In this document: positions 1-11,200 of the stretch, in pieces
How the letters are laid out: each line of letters opens with the position of its first letter
Numbering within the stretch: position 1 is the stretch's first letter
Assembly (NCBI GenBank): GCA_022712975.1
Contig: JAFLJO010000072.1
Coordinates: forward strand, 1,294 to 65,293
DNA length: 64,000 nt
Direction: 5' to 3'
Origin: Desulfocapsa sp.
GTDB lineage: Bacteria; Desulfobacterota; Desulfobulbia; Desulfobulbales; Desulfocapsaceae
Position numbers and translations under genes: made by a program
The notes under the pieces: model-generated
What the model was told of the DNA's origin: nothing
The model's database searches: none
The model's input: the letters and a program-made list of their open reading frames with translations, nothing else

Positions 1-11
1 GGAGAAAAAAC

Positions 12-1889
12 ATGACAAAAAAAATAAGAAACATTGAAGAAATGAGTATATGGGAAGATGCGCACCAAATGCTCCGCAAAGCAGAACAAGATGGAGTCGA
101 AACAGCCTGGGACAGGCTGGAACAACAGACCCCTCACTGTAAATTCGGAGAATCAGGCGTCTGCTGTCGTATCTGTACCATGGGGCCTTGCCGAATCAGT
201 AAAAAAGCACCTCTGGGTGTATGTGGTGCTGATGCTGATGTCATTGTTGCTAGGAATTTTGGCCGTTTTCTGGCTGGAGGTGCAGCAGGGCACTCTGATC
301 ATGGACGAGACTGTATCGAAGCATTTCACGCAGTTGCCCATGGAAAAACCCAGGATTATCACATTAAAGATGAAAAGAAGATGCTTCGTATTGCCTCGGA
401 ACTAGGCATTGCAACTGAAGGCCGGGAGTTGCTGGATGTTGCAAAAGATCTGGCCGATGAATTTTTTGAAAGTTTTGGTAGCAAACGTGAGGAAGTCGCT
501 TTCATCAGCCGGGTACCGAAAAAGCAACGGGAAAACTGGAAAAAACTCGGAATCATGCCCCGTGGAGTAGATCGTGAAATAACAGAAATGATGCATCGTA
601 CCCACATGGGCTGTGACAATGATGCTGTTAATACCATGCTCCAAGGGGTACGAATGTGCCTTGGCGACGGCTGGGCGGGATCTATGATTGCCACGGAAAT
701 CTCTGACATTCTTTTTGGAACACCGTCTCCTCGTAAAGCTAAGGTAAACCTTGGTGTTTTGAAAAAAGATCAGATTAATATTCTGGTTCATGGACATAAC
801 CCCATTGTTTCTGAAAAAATCCTTGAAGCTGTCAACGAACAGGAACTAATTGATCTGGCAAAGGAAAAGGGAGCTGCTGGAATCAACCTTGCCGGTCTCT
901 GCTGTACAGGAAATGAACTGATGATGCGCCAGGGAATTCCCATGGCCGGTAATCATCTAATGACCGAACTGGCAATCATCACTGGAGCGGTTGAGCTTAT
1001 TGTGGTGGATTATCAATGCATCATGCCAAGTCTTGTGCAGGTAGGAAACTGCTACCACACCAAAATGATTACCACTGCGGATAAAGCAAAATTCACTGGA
1101 GCCGAACATGTGAAATTTGAGATACATAACGGCATGGAACAAGCACGTAAAGTGGTACGAATGGCAATTGAACGCTATGGTATGCGCAATCCGGATCGCG
1201 TTGAAATACCCGGTGAACCTGTGGATATTATGACTGGCTTTTCCAACGAGGCACTCCTTGATGCACTCGGTGGCTCACTGACACCGCTCATAGAGGCAAT
1301 CAAGGCTGGTAAGATTCGGGGAGTCGTTGGAATCGTTGGCTGTAACAATCCGAAATACAAACACGATTACTGCAACGTGAACCTCACCCGTGAACTCATC
1401 AAAAAAGATATCCTGGTCATTGTTACAGGTTGTGTTACAACGGCTGCAGGTAAAGCCGGGCTTCTTGTTCCCGAAGCCATTGAACAGGCAGGGCCAGGAC
1501 TCAAAGAGATCTGTGGAAGTCTTGGCATTCCACCAGTCCTCCACATGGGAAGTTGTGTTGATAATGCAAGAATTCTGCAACTGGCCGCATTGTTGGCAAA
1601 TGAAATCGGAGTCTCCATCTCCGACCTGCCGCTGGCCGCCTCATCACCAGAATGGTATTCTGAAAAAGCAGCGACCATTGGAACCTATGCCGTTGCCTCC
1701 GGGATTTATACTCACCTTGGGCACCCACCTAATATTACTGGCTCTCCAATTGTTACAAATTTGGCTCTCGCTGGACTTGATGACCTGGTTGGTGCCTGCT
1801 TTGGTATAGAACCTGATCCCTTTAAAGCTGCCGAACTCATTGATGAACGGATCAAAATGAAACGCACGGGGCTTGGGCTGGAAGAATAG
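12..1889 (+). CDS. cooS: anaerobic Ni-Fe carbon monoxide dehydrogenase catalytic subunit
   Basis: 625-aa ORF with a GGAGA RBS at 1-5. The N-terminal Cys-rich block HCKFGESGVCCRICTMGPCRI and later GHSDHGR, VHGHNP, GCNNPK and MGSCVDN blocks are typical of CooS/AcsA-type CODH. Confidence 0.9.
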   Translation: MTKKIRNIEEMSIWEDAHQMLRKAEQDGVETAWDRLEQQTPHCKFGESGVCCRICTMGPCRISKKAPLGVCGADADVIVARNFGRFLAGGAAGHSDHGRDCIEAFHAVAHGKTQDYHIKDEKKMLRIASELGIATEGRELLDVAKDLADEFFESFGSKREEVAFISRVPKKQRENWKKLGIMPRGVDREITEMMHRTHMGCDNDAVNTMLQGVRMCLGDGWAGSMIATEISDILFGTPSPRKAKVNLGVLKKDQINILVHGHNPIVSEKILEAVNEQELIDLAKEKGAAGINLAGLCCTGNELMMRQGIPMAGNHLMTELAIITGAVELIVVDYQCIMPSLVQVGNCYHTKMITTADKAKFTGAEHVKFEIHNGMEQARKVVRMAIERYGMRNPDRVEIPGEPVDIMTGFSNEALLDALGGSLTPLIEAIKAGKIRGVVGIVGCNNPKYKHDYCNVNLTRELIKKDILVIVTGCVTTAAGKAGLLVPEAIEQAGPGLKEICGSLGIPPVLHMGSCVDNARILQLAALLANEIGVSISDLPLAASSPEWYSEKAATIGTYAVASGIYTHLGHPPNITGSPIVTNLALAGLDDLVGACFGIEPDPFKAAELIDERIKMKRTGLGLEE

Positions 1890-1900
1890 AACCTTCCACC

Positions 1901-1932
1901 ACGCAACGGCATAATGCCTGCCGTTGCGTTTG
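1901..1932 (+). terminator. stem-loop after cooS (ACGCAACGGC / GCCGTTGCGT, 10-bp stem) followed by TTTG
   Basis: Perfect 10-bp inverted repeat read directly, 12 nt after the cooS stop. The T-tract is weak. Confidence 0.5.
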
Positions 1933-2127
1933 TAAAAATGGTTTCACACTCTTGGTTCCGCTACTTGAGTTTCTGTTCTGAAACAAAAATACCTTATTTC
2001 TGATCCTTATTTGAAGAGCCGCTCTTTTTGTGATATGATTTAATATTCCATTTTTTCGTTCAGGGTTCTCAATAAATAACGTGGGTATTTCTTGCCAAGC
2101 CACTAGGTGGTGGCATGTATCGAAAAA

Positions 2128-2218
2128 TAAAGTTTCTATGGGAACTTTTCCTATGTAGCTTATCAGTTACTGAACACTGATAACTAATAACTGATAACTT
2201 CTGATCGCAGGGCGTCAT
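2128..2218 (+). repeat. F1 dispersed repeat, single arm (AAAGTTTCTATGGGAAC...TGATAAC heptamers...CTTCTGATCGCAGGGCGTCAT)
   Basis: Aligns by eye with the arms at 8028-8221, 16891-16969 and 33299-33385. Its box end abuts the ATG at 2219. Confidence 0.8.
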
Positions 2219-3484
2219 ATGCTGAAAAAGTACCGCTCCATTATTTTATCTTTATTTGTGGGTAGCTTCCTTGCTGCCGTCCTCTCAAGCTGCGGCAACT
2301 CTGAACCACCATTTGAATGCACAGATCCTTTGGGCTGCCTTGAAGTGCTACCTGGAGATCATATAAAGATTGGAATCCTTCAATCCTTAAGTGGAAAGAG
2401 CGCCCCTCTCGGAGAGGCTCAGGTCAGAGGATTTACTCTTGCCCTTGATAAAAGAAAAGGGGAAATATTGGGGCACCCCGTTGCCCTTCAAATTGAAGAT
2501 ACCGGCTGTAGCGCTGAAGGCGGAGCAAATACCGCCCTAAAACTAATTGCAGATCCGCAAACGGTTGCAATCTTTGGCAGCACCTGTTCCGGTGCCGGCG
2601 CTACCGCATCAAAAGCAATGTCGGATGCAGGGCTAACCATGATATCCGGCAATAATTCCGCCCCCTTTCTGACTTCCATCGCTGGCAGGGCTGCGCCACA
2701 CTGGCAGGCAGGTTATTTTCGTACTGCAGGAAATGAACAATATGCCGGCAATACAGTAGCGGAGTATGCTTTTAATCAGCTGGGTCTCCGCAGGGCAGCC
2801 ACCATCAACGATGGCGATATCTACACAAAGGGCCTGACCGAAAGTTTTAAAAAGGCATTTATTGAGCTTGGCGGCGAAATTGTACTTGATACTGCTGTGA
2901 GCAAAGGGGAATCCCAAAAACTTCCTGTCTTGACTGCTGTAGTCCATTCCAAGGCCGACCTGCTCTTTTTCCCACTTTTCCAAGCGGAAGGAAATCACCT
3001 GCTGTTGCAGGCACGTACAGTGCCAGAGCTGAACAATACCCTAATGATAGGTGGCGGGGCATTAATTAACAGAAGCTTTCTTGAAGCAGCGGGAGATGCG
3101 GCAAAAGGCATGTGCTTTGTGGGTGCGGCACGACCAACAGGATCTGCTGTAGACAGGCTGACGGCATCTTATATATCCAAATATCATGAAGAGCCAAAGG
3201 TAAGTTACTTTCTTGGTGCCCATGATGCTGCTGAGCTCCTCTTTCATGCCATAGAACAGGCTGCGACCCCGACTCCTGATGGAGTTCTCTTTATTGGCCG
3301 GCAAAAAATCCGGGATATTCTCTATTCTACCAAAACATTCAAAGGGGTCACCGGTACTCTCAGTTGTGACCAGTTTGGTGACTGTGCCAAACCATCCTTT
3401 CATATCCTGTGCCTGGATGACCCGGCTCTTGGTCTCAAGGGGCTGGAAGCCAATATTGTTTTCCCGGAAAGCCCCATAAAATAA
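2219..3484 (+). CDS. ABC transporter substrate-binding lipoprotein, branched-chain amino acid (LivJ/Peripla_BP_6) type
   Basis: Signal peptide with lipobox LSSCG. The IGILQSLSGKSAPLGE and FGSTCSGAG regions are typical of type-1 periplasmic binding proteins. Confidence 0.75.
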   Translation: MLKKYRSIILSLFVGSFLAAVLSSCGNSEPPFECTDPLGCLEVLPGDHIKIGILQSLSGKSAPLGEAQVRGFTLALDKRKGEILGHPVALQIEDTGCSAEGGANTALKLIADPQTVAIFGSTCSGAGATASKAMSDAGLTMISGNNSAPFLTSIAGRAAPHWQAGYFRTAGNEQYAGNTVAEYAFNQLGLRRAATINDGDIYTKGLTESFKKAFIELGGEIVLDTAVSKGESQKLPVLTAVVHSKADLLFFPLFQAEGNHLLLQARTVPELNNTLMIGGGALINRSFLEAAGDAAKGMCFVGAARPTGSAVDRLTASYISKYHEEPKVSYFLGAHDAAELLFHAIEQAATPTPDGVLFIGRQKIRDILYSTKTFKGVTGTLSCDQFGDCAKPSFHILCLDDPALGLKGLEANIVFPESPIK

Positions 3485-3512
3485 CCGTCTGTGGAAAGGG
3501 AAGAAAACGCAT

Positions 3513-6500
3513 ATGACATTAATCAGCAAAAAGTGGAACCAACTGGGGATAAGTAGAAAGTTCATCCTCACTTTTTCTTTACTGCTTTTCTTTATTATTC
3601 TTATTGCAGCCACTGCTTATTTCTCTTTTTTGTCTATCCGAAATGCCGAAAACGACATACGAGAAAGTACAGCAATCAGAGTGCAGGTTTTGAAGATGGA
3701 TCGCGACATGGAAAGGGCACAGCGATTGCTAAGTGATTTTTTCCTGAATCATCGGAGTATCGGTCTGCAAAAAGCCCACGAGCAATATGCCCAGCTAGCC
3801 GTCCGCCAAATCGCTAAAGTCATATCACAAAGCAGATCGCTTGAAAAAACCCTCTTCCACTCAGATTTGGGTACCTTATCCCGTATCAGTCAAACGGACG
3901 TTAATCTTTACCTTGCCGCTGCCAAACGATTTGCAGACACTTCTATTGAAGCAGTCGAGCTTCTCTCCAAACGAGCTGCCCCAACCGGTGGGATTGAGGC
4001 TCAACTTTCTGTTATTGAAAATACAATTGGAAAAGAATTGAAGGGCTTCCAGCACCTTGAGAATCTTCACAAAGAAATATGTTCTTTTGTCAGTAAATAT
4101 CAAATCCATCGGCAGCGCCACCTTATGCAATCAGCGTTAAACTCTCTTGACACTCTCCATGAAAGAGTGGAACAGGAAACGACCCTCAACAAAGAGCAAA
4201 AAAACAGAATCATTTCCCTGATTCATTCCTGCCGTACTCTGTGTTTCGAGTTGTTGGATGTAGATCTTAAAATTTCCGAAAAATTTCAAGACTTCATCCT
4301 GCAAAAAGAGATCGTTTCTCCAGTTTCCGAGGCATTGATCGGAGCAACAGAAGAAGACGCACAACTGATACAACAACAAATCGACAAGGCCTATCGTCTG
4401 GCTGCCATTATCATCCTGAGCATAACCCTCATTAGCATCCTGGCCATGAGCTGTGTCGCCAAGCTACTTAGCAATACGGTTGTCGGCAATATTCTCCAGC
4501 TAAAAGAATCAGCCCGTGCATTTGGCAAAGGAAATATGGATATCCGAGCCAGTGAACACAGTCGGGATGAAATAGGTCAACTGGCCCGTGTTTTTAATGG
4601 TATGGCATCCCAGGTAAAAACTCTGGTGGATAACCTGGAACAGAAAGTAGATCAACGTACCGCAGAGCTTTCTCAAAGCGAAGAACGATTTCGCCATCTT
4701 GTAAATGATCTCCCTAAAATTGGAGTTCAGGGATACGACCGGAATAGAAAGGTGATCTACTGGAACCAGGCCAGTGAAAGCCTTTACGGCTACACTGAAA
4801 AAGAGGCCATGGGCAAAAAACTTGAAGACCTGATCATACCGGAACCTATGAAAAAGTCTGTTATCCAGGCTGCTCAAAACTGGTATGAGAATGATGTAGC
4901 AACTTCCTCCTCTGAAATCATCCTGCAGCACAAGGATGGCAGTGACGTACCGGTCTATTGTTCTCATGTTATGCATGTTTCCAGGAATGGTGAAAAAATA
5001 ATTTACAGTGTTGATTTGGATCTTGCTGATTTAAAACTTGCCCAGGCCATGGAACAAAAAAGTGAACTATTATATCGTGAACTGTTTGATCACTCCACCA
5101 GCGGAGTTGCTGTCTATGAAGCGATTGACAATGGGCAGGATTTTATTATCAAAGATTTTAACAGAGCCGGTGAAAAAATAGAGGGGCTAAGGCGCGAGTC
5201 CATTTTAGGGCGTAAACTTACAGACGTCTTCCCTGGTATGAAAGAGTTTGGCCTGCTCGCTGTATTCAGTAAAGTCTGGGAGACTGGCGAGCCAGCCCTC
5301 CATCCCGTGTCCTATTACAAAGATGACAAGCTGCAAGGGTGGCGTGAAAATAGAGTGTACAGATTACCCACCGGCGAAATTGTTGCAGTATATAACGACT
5401 TAAGCAAAGAAAAACTGCTGGAAGAAGAAAAAAAATCTGTGGAATTACGCTTACAGAGAGCCCAGAAGATGGAAGCCATCGGACTCATGGCAGGAGGCGT
5501 TGCCCACGATCTCAATAATATCCTTACCGGTATCATTGGCTACCCTGAACTTCTCCTTTTACAACTTCCTAAAACAAGTAGTCTCCGGGAACCAATAGAA
5601 GCCATCAGGGAATCTGGAAAACGTGCGGCTGCAGTGGTTGCGGATCTACTCACCGTGGCTCGTGGTGTGGCAATCTCCAAAGTGACAGCAAATATGAATA
5701 CCCTTACTACAGAATATCTCGCCTCACCGGAGTATCGTCAACTGCATTCCATAAATCAGCACGTTCAGTGCCACACACAGCTTGCCAAAAAACTGCCCAA
5801 CCTCTCCTGTTCACCGGTGCATATCAAAAAATGCATAATGAATCTTGTGACCAATGCCATGGAGGCCATCGATACAACGGGAAGCATAACACTCAGCACC
5901 ACAACGGTAACTCCTGGCGCTAGATGGGCAAAAGAAAATGGGTTAAAGCAGATGGAGTACATACTCCTTACAGTTGCAGATACAGGATCAGGAATCCCAC
6001 AGGAAAATATCGACCATATTTTTGAACCCTTTTACACGAAAAAAGTGATGGGAAGAAGTGGAACCGGCCTTGGACTCGCTGTGGTATGGAACACTATGGA
6101 AGATCACGATGGGAAGGTATTTGTAGAAAGCAGCGAAAAGGGAACACGCTTTCAACTCTATTTCCCGGTAAGCAGCAGAGGCGGCATTACTCAAACCCAA
6201 AGTGATACAGAGGAAGAATATATTGGACAAAACGAACATATTCTGGTCATCGATGACGAACCGGCTCTGCGGGATGTTGCCTGCCAGATGCTGGAGAATC
6301 TTGGATATACTGTAGATTCTGTCAGCTCCGGTGAATTGGCTGTCGAATTTTTAAAGAACAATCAGGTTGACTTACTCATGCTCGATATGCTGATGGATCC
6401 GGGTATGAACGGGCGTCAAACATATGAAAAGATACTTTCATTCTCACCCGAGCAAAAGGCCATCGTCGTTAGTGGGTTCTCTGAGAGTGATGAGGTAAAA

Positions 6501-6593
6501 GCCACTCTACAGCTAGGTGCCTGTGCATTCATCAAAAAACCATACTCGATGAAACAACTGAGCCGTAAAGTAAAGGAAGCCCTTAAGAGCTGA
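3513..6593 (+). CDS. hybrid sensor histidine kinase / response regulator (TM sensor, HAMP, 2x PAS, HisKA, HATPase, REC)
   Basis: H-box GVAHDLNNILTGI, N/G boxes NLVTNAMEAI and DTGSGI...GTGLGLA, and a C-terminal receiver ILVIDDEP...DLLMLDMLMDPGMNG. Confidence 0.9.
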   Translation: MTLISKKWNQLGISRKFILTFSLLLFFIILIAATAYFSFLSIRNAENDIRESTAIRVQVLKMDRDMERAQRLLSDFFLNHRSIGLQKAHEQYAQLAVRQIAKVISQSRSLEKTLFHSDLGTLSRISQTDVNLYLAAAKRFADTSIEAVELLSKRAAPTGGIEAQLSVIENTIGKELKGFQHLENLHKEICSFVSKYQIHRQRHLMQSALNSLDTLHERVEQETTLNKEQKNRIISLIHSCRTLCFELLDVDLKISEKFQDFILQKEIVSPVSEALIGATEEDAQLIQQQIDKAYRLAAIIILSITLISILAMSCVAKLLSNTVVGNILQLKESARAFGKGNMDIRASEHSRDEIGQLARVFNGMASQVKTLVDNLEQKVDQRTAELSQSEERFRHLVNDLPKIGVQGYDRNRKVIYWNQASESLYGYTEKEAMGKKLEDLIIPEPMKKSVIQAAQNWYENDVATSSSEIILQHKDGSDVPVYCSHVMHVSRNGEKIIYSVDLDLADLKLAQAMEQKSELLYRELFDHSTSGVAVYEAIDNGQDFIIKDFNRAGEKIEGLRRESILGRKLTDVFPGMKEFGLLAVFSKVWETGEPALHPVSYYKDDKLQGWRENRVYRLPTGEIVAVYNDLSKEKLLEEEKKSVELRLQRAQKMEAIGLMAGGVAHDLNNILTGIIGYPELLLLQLPKTSSLREPIEAIRESGKRAAAVVADLLTVARGVAISKVTANMNTLTTEYLASPEYRQLHSINQHVQCHTQLAKKLPNLSCSPVHIKKCIMNLVTNAMEAIDTTGSITLSTTTVTPGARWAKENGLKQMEYILLTVADTGSGIPQENIDHIFEPFYTKKVMGRSGTGLGLAVVWNTMEDHDGKVFVESSEKGTRFQLYFPVSSRGGITQTQSDTEEEYIGQNEHILVIDDEPALRDVACQMLENLGYTVDSVSSGELAVEFLKNNQVDLLMLDMLMDPGMNGRQTYEKILSFSPEQKAIVVSGFSESDEVKATLQLGACAFIKKPYSMKQLSRKVKEALKS

Positions 6594-6673
6594 TTGACTT
6601 TCGTGATGAATACAGATATTAGTTTGCGGATCAATGGAAAATACCTATACAATAAACAATATGGTTATATCAC

Positions 6674-7087
6674 ATGGCACACAAAAGAATACATGTCAGA
6701 GTTCCAATTGCAGGTGAAGTAATTTTATCAACCGAACAGGGTATACGCATTAAAACCCCAGAGATAGATATCAGCCCAGGCGGTGTAGGAGTGATTTCTA
6801 CTTCTCTTGAACAGACTGAATACCAGGTTGAAATCACCACTGAAGATGGGGAGCATATCCAATTCACTGCAACGCTTGTCTACAAGGGAGAACATACCAG
6901 CGGGTTTAAAACTTCGGATATAGATAAGAAAAATTTACAAATTATTGCTGAGCTGGTTGCGGAGTTTCAGTCAGCAGATGAATTTATTAAGCAGATGGAT
7001 AAACATGATCTTTTTCCACAGAAATTTATAGATGAAGATGGACGGGAGATTTCAGTAACCTTTGAGATGAAGAAATCCGACGAATGA
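6674..7087 (+). CDS. PilZ domain protein (c-di-GMP receptor family)
   Basis: KRIHVR (RxxxR) and DISPGGVGV (DxSxxG) motifs. Confidence 0.75.
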   Translation: MAHKRIHVRVPIAGEVILSTEQGIRIKTPEIDISPGGVGVISTSLEQTEYQVEITTEDGEHIQFTATLVYKGEHTSGFKTSDIDKKNLQIIAELVAEFQSADEFIKQMDKHDLFPQKFIDEDGREISVTFEMKKSDE

Positions 7088-7223
7088 TCTATCCCTATAA
7101 TGGGTTCACAACCACCTGACATTTAATACTCTTTTCTGCTAAGAAAATACTTCAAGATGATATTTTAGTCAATCTGACTATTGTTATAATTTTCGTAGGA
7201 GGTTATTTTTAAATGTAAATACA

Positions 7224-7847
7224 ATGTTTGAAAATAAACTTTACAAAAGGTATAAAATGAGAAAGAAAATAGTTACCGTAAGTTTGATAGCTTTATTCGT
7301 ATCATTCTCGTCAGGTACAGTTAATGCCACTCCGTATACTGGTGCTGATATAGAGTTGTTCGGTGACCAATACTCTGACATATCTGGAACAGTAAATAAT
7401 CCCAGGTGGTTTAATGTTACTGATGGTGGAATCCGTACCAACTGGACTGGGTGGGTTGAGTATTCAGTTACTCTTGATTCTGGTAATTGGAATGTTGGTT
7501 TGAACGTTTCAAATTATGGCAACCTTGGAAACAACAACTGGTATTCACATTTCAAGGTGCAGAATAGTTTCAGCAGTGACACCATGGAAATTGCTGCCAG
7601 TGCTGATGAAATACATTTTGGACATGTAAATCTTGATCTGACTGCCGGAGACTATACAGTGCGATATAGCTGGATGAATGACAAATGGGATCCAGCCAAT
7701 GGTTTGGATGCTAACATTCAGATCGAAAATGTTTTCTTTGATAACACATCCACTGCGCCTGTTCCAGAACCAGCGACGATGCTTCTCTTTGGTACAGGTC
7801 TAGTGGGACTAGCTTGTATGCGGTTAAGAAAAAACAAAAAAGAATAG
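7224..7847 (+). CDS. PEP-CTERM sorting-signal secreted protein
   Basis: C-terminus VPEPATMLLFGTGLVGLACMRLRKNKKE (PEP motif, TM helix, basic tail). An N-terminal signal peptide is present, so the true start is possibly the ATG at 7257. Confidence 0.8.
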   Translation: MFENKLYKRYKMRKKIVTVSLIALFVSFSSGTVNATPYTGADIELFGDQYSDISGTVNNPRWFNVTDGGIRTNWTGWVEYSVTLDSGNWNVGLNVSNYGNLGNNNWYSHFKVQNSFSSDTMEIAASADEIHFGHVNLDLTAGDYTVRYSWMNDKWDPANGLDANIQIENVFFDNTSTAPVPEPATMLLFGTGLVGLACMRLRKNKKE

Positions 7848-7878
7848 TATTCAATCTGTTTTATATTGCTGTAATGAA

Positions 7879-7910
7879 GCAGGGGCCATACGGTCCCTGC
7901 TTTTTTTTTT
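7879..7910 (+). terminator. rho-independent terminator
   Basis: GCAGGGGCC-ATA-CGGTCCCTGC hairpin followed by T10. Confidence 0.85.
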
Positions 7911-8027
7911 GATGGATTAAAAAGTAGTTTCAACGCACGCTCCTCCCCATCACAACCGATTTGCGGAACAATAGAAAAAATGGGGTATAAACGACAGGGG
8001 ACACTGTGTGATACTTAGAACATGATG

Positions 8028-8221
8028 CCTGCGGACAGAAGGTATTTGGTATTCGGTATGCGGTTTTCGGCAAGCAACATAGGAACAACTCCCACAGAAA
8101 CTTTGATTTTCCGATACATATATATGGGAAAATTAAAATCCCTATGGGAATTTTTCCTATAACAGTTCGTAGTTACCGACACCTAACACCGAACACCTTC
8201 TGGTCGCAGGACATCCTGTTC
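8028..8221. repeat. F1 dispersed repeat, complete two-arm copy (about 194-bp imperfect palindrome)
   Basis: The left arm is GAACATGATGCCTGCGGACAGAAGG + GGTATTT/GGTATTC/GGTATGC/GGTTTTC heptamers + CAAGCAACATAGGAACAACTCCCACAGAAAC. The right arm is its diverged reverse complement, ending CTTCTGGTCGCAGGACATCCTGTTC. Confidence 0.85.
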
Positions 8222-8263
8222 AATAGCTGCGACAAATTAAATCGTGCTCCGTCCCTAATTCAC

Positions 8264-11200
8264 TTATTCATTTATTGTAGGTTTTTTTAAGGGAACATTG
8301 GTAGTCGGTTTAATTTTTCTTTTGGGTACAGCTTTAGCACTGGTAGCTGCTTTCTTTTTTCCCTTAAAGACTGTCTTTTCCCTCGGTGGAGCTTTCTTCC
8401 AGGTTGAACCGTCACTGAAACAGTCCCATCCCCAACGCAACCACCTGAGAAGAGCCATGGCCAGCCACAGTGCCCAGAGCAACATACTGATACGGTATGC
8501 AAGGAGTGGCACCGTGACAACCCAAGCTGTTGGAAGAAGGGAATCGCTACGATCCTGATACCAGCGCAAAGTATGGCCGTTTGAACCGTTTCCTCCAATT
8601 TGCATATCCGGACGTCCAAGCAGACCCTGTTGAATGGCAAAAAACAGGGCAGCAAGGGCGGCAAAACTCAATAGTACAAGAAACACCTGAACACCATTAA
8701 AGGTGGCTGCTTGAGTTATTTCTTTTCCCCGTTTTTTACGTAAACCTAAGCAAAGCAGCCAGGCAACCACAATGGCCGCCATGACGGCTGGAATCTGGCT
8801 TAATCCTAAACTGAGAAGCAGCCACTGCAAGGTGGAAAGAGGAGTAAGTTTAATGCGCCCGAGCAACACGGCAAAGAGGATGATAACCAGCATTTCACCC
8901 CAAAAAAGTACAGCAGGACCAATCTGCGGGCCTCCTGTTAAGAGAATCCATCTGGAAGCAGGAACGTTGAGCTCAATGGATGTATTGACATTTTCAATGC
9001 CGATATCAACAGCTTCGGTAACTAATTTTGTGTCCATGCCGTGTTTACTGCGCCAGCCTATTTCAATATCCTGTTTTCCAGGCTGTATCGGGATAGTGAG
9101 TCGGTTCTTTTCAAGCTGCAACGGAAACTCTCTGCCATTGATTACACTTTTTTGCAGGTCAATATCTGCAGGCAAGGTGATACTGTGCTGCAGGCCGCGG
9201 CTTGCGTTAAGAGAAAAATGAAGAGTTGTTTCTGTTGAGCGAAGTCCCGGATTTATTATCCGCTTGCTTCGATTGATGGTCATGGTGGAGCCGGGAACAC
9301 CCTTGGGACGATTAATTAAAAGTGTCAGTGATTCACCAGGATATGGGTGATATTCAGGATAGCGTTTTCCTGAGGGGTTCGTCTGGTTGATTTCGGGTAA
9401 ACCTTTGGTTTCAAGGTGCCAGATAGGACTAACATCAAGAAACCAGACTTCAGTCCAGAGTGTTGTTTGCGGAGCGGTAAGTAACAGATTGTTCACTGGT
9501 TCCATGGCTGAATAATAGCTGAAAGTCTTTTGGTTGGCAGCCATATTAATGCGGACATGATTATTTTGTATATGTAACGCTTCTGTGGTCACATGCTCGC
9601 CAGGAAGAAGAGGAATATTGAGTGCAATAACAGTATCCAGGCTGCGTCGAATGACTCTTGTTGTAACAGTCCATTTCAATCCCATATGCAGAGTACGCTC
9701 AATCCGCACAAAAGAGGGAATCTGAAAAGTGTTGCCATCTTCTTCTGTCGCTGTCTCTTTTTTTGCAACCGGCTTTATCCTGCTTAAGCTTATTTGTTTA
9801 TCAAGCCGACCGTCTGCGTGAAGTCCATTAAGTGACCAATCGCTAAGAAGTGCTTGACCATGCTGTGGCAGCAGTGGGAAAGAAAAAGAGACTTTTTGGC
9901 GTCCTGCCAATTCTTTACGGAGAAGTACTGTGTGCTGTCCTGGTTCCACGCGAATAAGTCCATTTCCCCGGGAGTCCAGGCGGAGGATTTCTGCCGGCTT
10001 ATTATTTAGCAGAATCGTGTCAAAGAATCTGTCCTTTCCAGGTAAGGCGACCGCAGCTCTTATTAATGTGTCGAGTTGCAGCTCAACCTGAAGCACATCA
10101 TTATCTATCTGGATAAGACATGAATTAATGGTGGCACAGTGTTCACCGCATTTTGGCGGCTTCAGCAACCTGTCCTGAAGCTCTTGAAGAATTTCCTGAG
10201 ATGGGATTTCGGCCTGTGCTGCCTGCGGGGTAAAAGAGAGTGGAAAAAGCAAGCATAAGAAAAGTCCGAGAGTAGTCGCTTTTTTTGAATTTTTGTGCGT
10301 TTTTCCAAGAACTAAACATTGACGAAGAAAACCGCCAATAAGTAGAGTGAGCAGGAGAACCCGAACAAAAGCCAGTATGGTATTGATACGGGGAGAGAGA
10401 AAAACAAAGGACATTTTCTGTTCAGGAGTAACAGGCCCGTTCCAGTATAATTGTATCTGCTTCCACTTCCATTCCGGCAGGCCGGGGCCTGTTTGAATCA
10501 ATTCTTGTGGATCAATCTGAATGGTTTTAGTTTTGCGTTCAAACGAGACTGAGCTAGGCATACTGTATTTCTGCATCCGACTTTTTTTCAAAATTGAATC
10601 AGAGCGAATGGCGGAGCTTTGGCTGGTAACTTCCGCATCTATGGATGCTTCGTCCATCATAAATTGATTTCCCGGATCTCTCCTGTGGTTGTCTGTGATT
10701 TTGTGGTAGTTGCCAAATTCCAGTTGGGGATAGATCCCTACGCGTATTTCATTAACCATATAAGGCACAGAGCCCACTATGATTGTAATGAGTATGGCAA
10801 ACCCGCCGATTCGACAGAGCCTTTCCCCGGTTTTGGCTGTAATTACTTTCTGAATGGCAAGCAGTGCAAGCAATGGAAGCCAGAGATATCTGGGCGATCC
10901 CGGCTGTTGATAGGAAAGAAGCAGCAGAAGGATTGCCACAGCACCCCATCCAAATCCCAGAATCTTTGCGGTGGCAAGGCCGATAATGAGGACAATGAAA
11001 ATATCAAGCAGTGTCCAGTGGTTGAGCCATGTGGAAACGTTGTCGATTCCGGTTGCGTTAAGCAACTTCCAGCCTGGAGGAAGGTTCAGAACGGCTGAGA
11101 GTTGCTGGAAATTATGATCCCAGCCAAGAGCCGGAATTTCAAGTTGTCCATTCTGAACAGTTTTATTTATTCGCGATTCTGCATTGAGCGCAAGACTGCC

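Noticed and set aside
3062-3613. 183-aa minus-strand ORF spanning the SBP/histidine-kinase junction, plus many other antisense ORFs in the track (e.g. 10619-11098, 20626-21177, 46718-47263, 47557-48063)
   Set aside because: All lie antisense within confidently assigned genes. They have low-complexity or odd composition and no independent coding evidence.
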